A DNA stretch of 57,228 bases, counting the filler, from Stramenopiles sp. TOSAG23-3 (Eukaryota), in assembly GCA_900128585.1 (NCBI GenBank). It is 6 parts of 6 records of this genome, joined end to end, with 100 filler letters (N's around TTAATTAATTAA, not from the genome) between each part and the next. Parts side by side here need not be neighbours in the genome. Positions count along the whole stretch, not along the records: positions 17,146 to 34,190 come from LT642465.1; positions 34,291 to 51,319 come from LT642466.1; 4 more parts are not named here. One strand, written 5' to 3'. Position 1 is the stretch's first letter; each line of letters opens with the position of its first letter. Positions 30,273 through 38,884 of the stretch are shown here, piece by piece. A model generated the notes under the pieces. It was not told the DNA's origin, ran no database searches, and saw nothing but the letters and a program-made list of their open reading frames with translations. Made by a program: the position numbers and the translations under genes.

Positions 30273-33200
30273 TTACAAACGCTTCATTGGAAGAATTGGA
30301 GAAGAGTTTACTTGAACAGTCTCCATTTTGGAGCATCGCTTCATTCCTTGGTTTGGTTGACCGACTACAAAACCGTCAACAACAGGTTTCAAAGCATTCA
30401 CTGGCTCATCTTCCGCGGCGGCGCCAAGGCGCATCTGTCGTGCCATGAAGCCTAGGATATTTTCTGCTACTAATTTTCCGTTGAACTCCGCCGATGGTGT
30501 AGTGCGCCCTTCACTGAAAAACAACATTCGGGGGAATGTGTCTTTCAAAGAGAATCGCTTCGCCAATGAAGGGTGCTGGTCTACTCTTACGGTTGCGATG
30601 ACAACGCTCTTGCACGTAAGCATGCGAGCGATCTCCTCGTAAACAGGTTTCAATTTTTGGCAAACCTCGCATCCTCGAGTACAAAAATTAATCATCACAG
30701 GTCGGTCGCCGTTTACAATCTCATCAAAGTTGCCCGGGTTCAACCGAAGCACGTGCGTTTTTGTAGCGTCGGGCGCATCCTCGTAATGCCATAGTGTATT
30801 GGACGCTGAAACTTGTGAGTCACGGGCACCAACACGGACCGTCACAGCTTTGCAGCTGCCGGTACCTTCTGGGGCGACGCACTCTACCTCGGAGTCGGAT
30901 TTCCAGGTCGTCTTCAGGCACTTGCGGCCACCAATGCTCGCCACGAGCGCACCCGGGACTGGGCGTCGGAACCCGAAGTCTTTCCCTTGGATCACAACCT
31001 TGGTTCCTCCTACTGGCTTTCCGTGTGCAGGTTGGATATTGGCTACAGAGGGCGAGTTGTACGCAAAGTCCGTCGATGGTTTCGAGGGGTTACCGTTGAC
31101 CAATACAGTGATGTTCTGGACACCGGCAGAGCCTTTCGGCACTTTGCAGCTGAGCGTTGACTCGCTGCTAACGACGACGTCGGTGCACAGCCATTTCCCT
31201 AAAGTCACAACTTGGTTGGCGCCTGGAACAAAGCCAGTCCCTACAATGTTAATTTTGTAGCCGCCAGCGGTCGATCCAGACGTTGGGCTTACCGATGTAA
31301 TAGTCGGTGGCACGGATTTGAAGAGTAGTTGAGCGATGCTGGTTTGTCCAGCGACGGTAATTTGGACACTAAATTTGCCCGCTTTCACTTCTGGCAATAC
31401 ACAGTCGAGGTGCGTGTCGTTGTAGAAGATCGCTTTGGTGCACTTCTGAAGGCCAACAGTGATCGATAGGGGGCTCGCGTGCTTCCCAAAGTTCTTTCCA
31501 CGGATTTGCAGCTTGACTTGCTTTGCTCCAAGCACGGCCACTCGTGGGCTGACACTCATGACCGACGGGTGGGCGTAAGAGAATGCTAGGTAGTCCCTGC
31601 TGGGCTGCCCTTTTACAACAACGACGACGGGACGGGATTTGCCAATGCCTGGGGGCGAGACGCACGAAATGCTTGTGTCATTGACCCAGGTAGCGTTTTT
31701 GCAAACCTTACCGCCGACGATGACTTCCATGGCCGCTGAGGCGGTCTTCTCGCCGAAGCTGGTACCAATCACCATAATGCGTTCCCCACCTGCGGCAGGG
31801 ACAACGCTTGGAACTACGTTTAGTACGGACGGACCGTCGTATGAGTAGATGCCAGGTGGGCTGTCTTCTCCTTCGACGGAAATGACCACTGGCAGGTCGT
31901 ACCCGATGCCTTTTGGAACTTTGCACTCAATCGTGTTTTTGGTCACCTTGACGATCTTGCATGGCTTCCCACCGATGGTTACCGTTCTGTTAAACTTCTG
32001 CAACTTGGCTACGCCGCCATTCACCTTCATCGTGATGTTCTCGTTGTCAAGAAGGTCCCCTAGCTCGGTTGCAACAATACGGACGATGCCGGTGTCGCCA
32101 GACCCTGGGCCATGGTTCGGTTCAATGGACGTGATGACCGGGTGTTTGTAATCGACCAACTTCCTGGGCTTTGTAACCGCGCCGTTGCCCAAGTACACAG
32201 AGACAGTGAGATTCTTGCCAGCCCCGTGCGGTGCGTAACAATGGATCAACTTGCTAGATACCCACTCAGTGTGCCTGCATGGCTTGTCACCGATGATTCC
32301 AGTAATGTTTCCGTTTGGTTTTCCACCGAAGCCATGGCCAATGATATCGACCATTTCTCCTTTGGTGGAGATGGCGCGCGGGCGAACGGACGTTACGGCA
32401 GGTGGAGGATAACTGAACGTGGCGTTGCGGCTTGCCGGTGTCAACACCCCGTTTCGGCCGTGAATCAATAATCGTACTGGCAAGTCTTTTCCAACACCAA
32501 CGGGCACGACACACCGAATCGAGTCTTCCCCAATGCGCTCAACGGAACCGCACGGAACGTCGCCGATGAAGGCTTTGATTTTGTGGTCCATGGCACCGAA
32601 GTTGTGGCCGCTGATTGTAAGCTTTTCTCCACTGACGCTGGCCTTGGGACGGCTGCTGGCAACCAGCGGAGGGTCGTACTCGAAGAAGTCGAATGACTTG
32701 TTGGTCTTTCCATCAACGTATACTTGAACGGATACGTTCGCTCCACTTCCTGCCGGTGATAGGCAAGTCAGCAAATTGTCGTTTATGACACGGACGTTGC
32801 TCGCTTCTTCGCCGTCTACCTTTACGACAATATGCGTGTTGTTCGCGTCTCCAAAGTTTTCGCCACGAAGACTCAGCTTGCGCCCACCTTCGCCAAGCGA
32901 GTATGGCGGCTTAACGCCGGACACTGATGGCGAGTGAGTGTGAAAGTAATCTTCCGCGTCTTGAACGCCTCCCGTTGCCCCAGTGGAGGCGCTGGCGCCG
33001 GTGGCCCCAGCTTGGCCGCCAGTAGCACCCGTGGCCGTCGGGCCCTCGACTTCGCTGCTTTGGCCGTTAACCACAACGGCGACTTTCCTGCTGCCCAGTC
33101 CAGATGGAGTGGTGCACTTCAACTCTGTGTCAGAAACCAGCTTGACTTTCAAGCACTCCTTCGCCCCTACCAGCACCTCCAGTTCCAGGGTAGCGTTGGT

Positions 33201-34190
33201 GCTGTTGCCAAACTCCTTTAAATTCTTGCGCAATTTATAGCCAAAGCCCGTTCCCTTGACGGTAATGCGCACGCCGCCGACAGCGGGCCCATCCTTTGGA
33301 AGCACGGAGGCAACAACAGGCGCCTCATACGAAAAGAAAGCTGGCTTGAACGGCAACGCGCCAACCTTGCCAATGGCGCTTTTTTTGCCATTGACCACCA
33401 CAGTTACTTTCTCGTTCGTGCCCGTGCTTGGGGGAACCCTGCACACGATCATCGCGTCGCTGAACCATGTCGTCTTAAGGCACTTCGCTTCCCCAACGAA
33501 CGCCACGATGGACTTTGGCTTCACTTCGCCGAAGTTTTTGCCAAGGATTTCCATGTCGTACGCGCCTCCGTTTTCGCCGCTGTTCGGGCCAATCATACGG
33601 ATCACCGGCCCATCGTATTCAATGGTAAGGTTGGCACCGCGGGCCGCCACACCTTGGTCGGCAGGCGCGCGAACGACAATTTTCGCGTCCCCGGCACCGG
33701 GCGGTACAATGCATTCCACCTGCTTGTCAGAGACCCAAGTAACATTTCTACACGGTTTGCCACCGACCCAAACGCCGTACTTGGACGCGTTGTTCTTCTG
33801 CTGCACACGGCGTCCGATCTTCCTTCTTCTAGGGGCTGCACGCTGAATTTCGTAAATGTTCTCCGAGGGATCCAACGTCTGAACCTTGCGATTGGCGTGT
33901 TTTCGGTTGCGGCGTGAGACACGCTCTACCTCCAAGAACGCCACAGCGCTGGCGTCGGCCAGATCTGAACTGACAACGCTTTCGTTGGCAGCTTGGGCCT
34001 GTACTTTGGTAAGTTCCGCCTCGACCGCGGCGTTCTTGGCTGATTTCTGCGCCGAGTTGTCCACGTCGTCCTCGCTCTCCACCTCTTTCTTCTCTTCGCT
34101 CTCAGCCTTGGCTCGCACTTCTTTCAAAGACGCGTCGAGTTTTGCCTTGGCAATCTCCGCTTGGCGCATCGAAATATCGCCGTTGAGCTT
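30273..34190 (-). CDS. IPT/TIG-repeat protein (10 complete + 1 partial) with C-terminal PDI-like thioredoxin domain (5' truncated)
   Basis: Repeated PxIxxvxP..GG..ixixGxNFG..iG..C..I.C.vP.G. The C-terminus reads LNPGNFDEIV..VMINFCTRGCEVCQKLKPVYEEIA..LAKRF..FP. Frame is open to the contig end. Confidence 0.9.
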   Translation of the reverse strand, partial: KLNGDISMRQAEIAKAKLDASLKEVRAKAESEEKKEVESEDDVDNSAQKSAKNAAVEAELTKVQAQAANESVVSSDLADASAVAFLEVERVSRRNRKHANRKVQTLDPSENIYEIQRAAPRRRKIGRRVQQKNNASKYGVWVGGKPCRNVTWVSDKQVECIVPPGAGDAKIVVRAPADQGVAARGANLTIEYDGPVIRMIGPNSGENGGAYDMEILGKNFGEVKPKSIVAFVGEAKCLKTTWFSDAMIVCRVPPSTGTNEKVTVVVNGKKSAIGKVGALPFKPAFFSYEAPVVASVLPKDGPAVGGVRITVKGTGFGYKLRKNLKEFGNSTNATLELEVLVGAKECLKVKLVSDTELKCTTPSGLGSRKVAVVVNGQSSEVEGPTATGATGGQAGATGASASTGATGGVQDAEDYFHTHSPSVSGVKPPYSLGEGGRKLSLRGENFGDANNTHIVVKVDGEEASNVRVINDNLLTCLSPAGSGANVSVQVYVDGKTNKSFDFFEYDPPLVASSRPKASVSGEKLTISGHNFGAMDHKIKAFIGDVPCGSVERIGEDSIRCVVPVGVGKDLPVRLLIHGRNGVLTPASRNATFSYPPPAVTSVRPRAISTKGEMVDIIGHGFGGKPNGNITGIIGDKPCRHTEWVSSKLIHCYAPHGAGKNLTVSVYLGNGAVTKPRKLVDYKHPVITSIEPNHGPGSGDTGIVRIVATELGDLLDNENITMKVNGGVAKLQKFNRTVTIGGKPCKIVKVTKNTIECKVPKGIGYDLPVVISVEGEDSPPGIYSYDGPSVLNVVPSVVPAAGGERIMVIGTSFGEKTASAAMEVIVGGKVCKNATWVNDTSISCVSPPGIGKSRPVVVVVKGQPSRDYLAFSYAHPSVMSVSPRVAVLGAKQVKLQIRGKNFGKHASPLSITVGLQKCTKAIFYNDTHLDCVLPEVKAGKFSVQITVAGQTSIAQLLFKSVPPTITSVSPTSGSTAGGYKINIVGTGFVPGANQVVTLGKWLCTDVVVSSESTLSCKVPKGSAGVQNITVLVNGNPSKPSTDFAYNSPSVANIQPAHGKPVGGTKVVIQGKDFGFRRPVPGALVASIGGRKCLKTTWKSDSEVECVAPEGTGSCKAVTVRVGARDSQVSASNTLWHYEDAPDATKTHVLRLNPGNFDEIVNGDRPVMINFCTRGCEVCQKLKPVYEEIARMLTCKSVVIATVRVDQHPSLAKRFSLKDTFPRMLFFSEGRTTPSAEFNGKLVAENILGFMARQMRLGAAAEDEPVNALKPVVDGFVVGQPNQGMKRCSKMETVQVNSSPILPMKRL

Positions 34191-34290
34191 NNNNNNNNNN
34201 NNNNNNNNNNNNNNNNNNNNNNNNNNNNNNNNNNTTAATTAATTAANNNNNNNNNNNNNNNNNNNNNNNNNNNNNNNNNNNNNNNNNNNN
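34191..34290. other. Artificial contig linker
   Basis: 44 N + TTAATTAATTAA + 44 N. Confidence 0.99.
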
Positions 34291-34519
34291 AGAGTCAGTC
34301 GTCAGTCGTCAGTCTAACTCATGCGAGTAGTAGAGTGTAATAGAAAAACTATAAAAATTACAGTAAAAAACGTATAACTTGTAGGTATAAACAATTTCTT
34401 CTTTGTATACCGCTTGTAAAATGCATGAAAATTTGATCGGAACAGATGTGCAACGGTTTATAATTGAACAAGTAAAGAACTAAACCAAAGGTATTCTGGC
34501 AAGTGCTTTGCTAGTAAAT

Positions 34520-37500
34520 ATGTCAAAAGATGCTGGGCGCTCCCTTGAGGAGAGGGCCTCTTGCCTATCGCGGTTGTTCTTGAGCTGGTTCACTGACGTG
34601 ATGAACACTGGGAGCAAGAAAGTCCTGGAGCAGGAAGATTTGGGCGGATTGGCAAAGATTGACGAGTCGGAATATAATTACAATAAATTGATGGAATTGT
34701 GGGACGAGGAAGTGAACGAAAAAGGGGTGGAGAAGGCCCTGCTTATTCGCGTATGGTTCAGGTTTGTAGGTTTTTTAACGCTGGCAAAGCTACTGCTCTT
34801 CGCAGTCCTTGATTTTAGCTTTCAGATTGCTTCCCCGCTTCTGTGTCGGCTGATAGTCAGGCACGTCGAAGGCACCGAAATCCAAAGCCAGAATAATCTT
34901 GTGGCAATGGCGATCGGCCTCTCCCTCTGCCCGATGTTCTCTGGGTTTTTCAGGGCCCAGGTTGTCCTGTTATCGAAACGAAGAGCGCTGCAGCTCTACG
35001 CAGCGCTAACCACGGCAATTTATCGTAAGACCATGCGCCTGTCCGCACTTGGAAAATCTACTGTTGAAACTGGTCAAATTATCAACATGTTAACTGCGGA
35101 TGCAAACAATTCAATTGAACGATCTGTGTTTATGATAATACCAATGATAGTCGCTGCGCCAGTGATAATTGTAATACTAACTATGATCTATAACACAATC
35201 GGGGGGAGCATGTTCGCAGGGTTCGGTGCGCTTCTTGTTGCGCTCCCCATCAGTGCGACGATCTTTGCTAACATCGTGAAATGGGTGCGGCAAATAACTG
35301 TGCGAGGAGACAAACGGGTGAAGATCCTCAACGAATTTATTTCGGGGATAAGAATAGTAAAGTTTTATGCGTGGGAAAAACCGTTCCAAGCGTTGATAGA
35401 GAAAGCCAGAGCCTACGAATTGCACGCTATTACGAAACATGCGTACTGGATGCAATGCGGGATAATGGTGGTATTTATGCAACTACCTAACCTGATGCAG
35501 CTGTGCGTTTTCGTGGCGTACGCTCTGTCGGGTGGTTATTTTTCCGCGAGCAACGTGTTTACAACCCTTCAGCTGTTTAATGTCTTGCGGGGCCCCGTGA
35601 CCCAGTTCCCTAGCGGGCTGTCGCAGTTGGCAAATTTAGTCGTTGCAATGAGGAGAATAGGAAATTTTCTGAAGCGAGGGGAGCGTGCGAAGAGTCTTGA
35701 AGAGCACCGAAGCTTTTCGAATGAAAAGGCTACTGGAGGAAAGCCCTGCATTGTGGTGAAAAATGGAACCTTTTCTTGGGTGTCAGACAACAAGACAGCG
35801 ACTGCGAGCGGTGAAGAATCTGAAAAGCCCGGAATTAGCGCAAAGAGCGAGGGAGCTGACAGTCAGAGCACTGGCGTGGAGCTGAAGGAAGTCAACGGTG
35901 CGACCGAGAATATTTCCGATAGCTTTTCACTCAGCGCCGTCGATCTCGAAATTATGCCAGGGGAGTTAGTGATGGTAGTTGGATTGGTGGGGTCTGGGAA
36001 ATCATCCTTCATCAGTGCATTGCTGAATGAAATTCCACAAGAGCGTGGGAGCATCAGTGTTCTAGGGAAAACTTCGCTGATCGCTCAAAATGCCTGGATT
36101 ACCAATCAAACTTTGCGCAATAATATCTTGTTTGGAGAAGAGTTTGACCAAAAAAGATATAATGAGGTCATTGATGTCTGCGGTCTAGAGCAAGATTTGG
36201 AAGGTTTTGAGGATGGCGACCAAATTATGATTGGCGAAAGAGGCATCAATTTAAGCGGGGGTCAAAAGACTCGTGTTGGGTTGGCAAGAGCTTGCTACTC
36301 GAAGAGTGACATAGTGCTTCTTGACTGCCCTCTTGCTGCGGTCGATTCTCATGTTGCCGATCATATATTCAACAAGTGCATAAAGCGATTTTTGAAGGAC
36401 CGGGCGCGAATATTTGCCACAAATCAAATTCAAAGGCTCAAGCACGCAGACAAGGTTCTTGTTTTGAAGGACGGGAAGTTTGTTTGCAATGGTACGTATA
36501 CTCACATTCGAGAGCATTTTCCTGAGGAGCTAGAGGCCCTTGGTTCCATTGAAGAAGACCCCGCCGGTCGAAGGCGACTCAGCAGCGTCGGCTCTGAAGC
36601 CTCCCTTGGCCTGGACGAAAACGATCGACAATCTGTTGAAGTTTCGGAAAAGGACGACGATGTTCGAAAAGGCAAGGAGCTTCATACGAAGGAGGAAAGG
36701 GAAGTGGGGCACGTTTCCACCGATGTGTGGAAATATTTTTTTCGAGCCGCGGGTTATTGGAATGCGTTTTTCGCAATTGCAGCCCTGTCCTCTTTCACTT
36801 ATTTTCAAGTTGCCGTCAGCTTCATGCTACAGTTTTGGACGAATGACGTTGTGAGTCGCAAATATACCTTGGAAGACCTGGTGCCTCTTGATAATTCTAG
36901 CACTGCTGTGCAAGGCGTCCAAGATGCCCTTGATCGGTACGATGAGCACGACAAAATGTGGCTTGGCCTGTACGGTGGCTCGGTCGCCGTGTCGCTCACC
37001 ATTATGCTAATCGGTGGCGTTCTAATGGCAAGGTTGCGTGTGCGAGTCGCCAAATCGCTACATGAGAGCATGATAAATAAAATCATGCGCACGCCGATAA
37101 GTTTTTTTGATGTGACGCCAGCGGGTAGAATTATGAATCGCTTCTCAAAAGAAATTAACTCTGTCGACACCACTATGACAATCATGATTGCATTCACTAT
37201 GGTGACCATCAATTTTTGCCTGGCGTCGTTTCTGGCGATTGCTGTTGCAACGTACGGTCTATTTCTTGTTTTATTGGTGCCAATTTGGATCATTTTCTAT
37301 ATATTGATTGGGTACATCCGGAACACTTCGATAGAAGTACAACGGTTGGAAGCGATTGCACGGAGTCCTATGTATTCAGCATCAACGGAAATCTTGGGTG
37401 GCGTTGAGACAATTCGTGCGTTTGACCAAACAGACCGCTTCGAACAAACGTACAGAACGCATTTGAATAACCAGCTAGTTCCATTTTATTTCGCAAGGAC

Positions 37501-38557
37501 CCTTGTGTTCGCATGGATGATGATGAGAGCAAATGCTCTATCTTCATTCATTGTCGCCGCAATTTTAGCCTTAGTGTTGTGGGTCCCTGACCTTTTGCCT
37601 CCTGGGAATGTTGCGTTGGCTGTAACGTTCGGGCTCTCCTGCACTGAGATGATGATGCACATCGTCCAGGTGTCGGTGCAAGCAGAAATTCAAATGAACG
37701 CGGTGGAGCGAATAAAACACTTTTCAGAAAACTTACCAGAAGAAAAGCCATATGTTTTGGAGGATAGTGCTCCGCCGAAAGAATGGCCTTCGAAAGGAGA
37801 AATAGTTTTTAAAAGTATAGTTGCTGGTTATCGTGACGGCCCCGATATCATTAAAGGTATGTCCTTTGAAATTAAACCGAGAGAAAAGATTGGTATAGTG
37901 GGTCGCACCGGTAGCGGCAAAAGCAGTATGCTGGTGCTGCTGTTTCGAATCATTGAAGCAAGAAGTGGAAGTGTTGTAATCGACGGAATCGATGTTTCTA
38001 CAATCGGCTTGAACCACTTGCGTAGAAATTTGGGGATTATTCCGCAAACTCCCACAATGTTTTCTGGGTCGCTGCGGCACAACATTGATCCCTTTGAGGA
38101 ACATACCGATGAAGAGATATGGGAAGTGCTGGAAAAGGTTAACTTGAAGAGCGTTGCATCAGCGCTTCCCGAAAAGTTAGAACACATGGTCTCAGAAGGT
38201 GGAACCAACTTTTCTGTGGGCCAACGGCAGCTTCTTTGCATGGCGAGAGCTCTTTTGCTGGATCCAAAAATACTGCTCCTTGACGAAGCAACTGCTCAAG
38301 TAGATCAAATGAACGATAGTATGTTGCAGCGCATGATTCGTACTTGTTTTGCTGAGAAAACGGTACTGACTATTGCGCACCGTTTAGAGACAATAATGGA
38401 CAGTGACCGTGTGATGGTGTTGGACGACGGACACTTGAAAGAGTTTGACTCCCCTGCAAACCTGCTGCAAAAGGAGGGTGAAGAAGCTTTATTTCGAGCT
38501 TTGGTGTATGCTGAAGGAGAAGAGAATGGCAGAAGATTGGAGGGTTTGGTCACTTGA
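34520..38557 (+). CDS. ABC transporter, ABCC/MRP subfamily (short form without TMD0)
   Basis: TMD-NBD-TMD-NBD. NBD1: GLVGSGKS, GERGINLSGGQ. NBD2: GRTGSGKS, NFSVGQRQL, LLLDEATA, TIAHRL. Also IVKFYAWEKPF and FFDVTPAGRIMNRFSK. Confidence 0.96.
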   Translation: MSKDAGRSLEERASCLSRLFLSWFTDVMNTGSKKVLEQEDLGGLAKIDESEYNYNKLMELWDEEVNEKGVEKALLIRVWFRFVGFLTLAKLLLFAVLDFSFQIASPLLCRLIVRHVEGTEIQSQNNLVAMAIGLSLCPMFSGFFRAQVVLLSKRRALQLYAALTTAIYRKTMRLSALGKSTVETGQIINMLTADANNSIERSVFMIIPMIVAAPVIIVILTMIYNTIGGSMFAGFGALLVALPISATIFANIVKWVRQITVRGDKRVKILNEFISGIRIVKFYAWEKPFQALIEKARAYELHAITKHAYWMQCGIMVVFMQLPNLMQLCVFVAYALSGGYFSASNVFTTLQLFNVLRGPVTQFPSGLSQLANLVVAMRRIGNFLKRGERAKSLEEHRSFSNEKATGGKPCIVVKNGTFSWVSDNKTATASGEESEKPGISAKSEGADSQSTGVELKEVNGATENISDSFSLSAVDLEIMPGELVMVVGLVGSGKSSFISALLNEIPQERGSISVLGKTSLIAQNAWITNQTLRNNILFGEEFDQKRYNEVIDVCGLEQDLEGFEDGDQIMIGERGINLSGGQKTRVGLARACYSKSDIVLLDCPLAAVDSHVADHIFNKCIKRFLKDRARIFATNQIQRLKHADKVLVLKDGKFVCNGTYTHIREHFPEELEALGSIEEDPAGRRRLSSVGSEASLGLDENDRQSVEVSEKDDDVRKGKELHTKEEREVGHVSTDVWKYFFRAAGYWNAFFAIAALSSFTYFQVAVSFMLQFWTNDVVSRKYTLEDLVPLDNSSTAVQGVQDALDRYDEHDKMWLGLYGGSVAVSLTIMLIGGVLMARLRVRVAKSLHESMINKIMRTPISFFDVTPAGRIMNRFSKEINSVDTTMTIMIAFTMVTINFCLASFLAIAVATYGLFLVLLVPIWIIFYILIGYIRNTSIEVQRLEAIARSPMYSASTEILGGVETIRAFDQTDRFEQTYRTHLNNQLVPFYFARTLVFAWMMMRANALSSFIVAAILALVLWVPDLLPPGNVALAVTFGLSCTEMMMHIVQVSVQAEIQMNAVERIKHFSENLPEEKPYVLEDSAPPKEWPSKGEIVFKSIVAGYRDGPDIIKGMSFEIKPREKIGIVGRTGSGKSSMLVLLFRIIEARSGSVVIDGIDVSTIGLNHLRRNLGIIPQTPTMFSGSLRHNIDPFEEHTDEEIWEVLEKVNLKSVASALPEKLEHMVSEGGTNFSVGQRQLLCMARALLLDPKILLLDEATAQVDQMNDSMLQRMIRTCFAEKTVLTIAHRLETIMDSDRVMVLDDGHLKEFDSPANLLQKEGEEALFRALVYAEGEENGRRLEGLVT

Positions 38558-38884
38558 TGTTTGAAAATGCAATTTCAAGCGGCTTTAATTTACGAAGTAC
38601 TTCTTACTTTTTATTTAAGAAGAGTATGATATAGTTAAATTTTATCGTCTTCATGTATACTGCGAACTTATCCTCTGCTCCTGATTTACTATCATAATGC
38701 AATAAAACAAATATGATATACTTTTTGTAACAGCAAGGATTCTATTTTGTTAGTCGCAAAATTAGATCAGTTCTATACAATTGGGATAACATAATCTTGA
38801 GAGTCTTAAAACATACTTGAAAAACAGTTTTAAAAAACACTTTTTAAGAAAAGGTTAATAATTTATCCCCCCGCCGCCACACCT

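Noticed and set aside
30273..30287. C-terminal KRL as a peroxisomal PTS1
   Set aside because: Lys at -3 is non-canonical, and disulfide-type TIG repeats suggest the secretory pathway.
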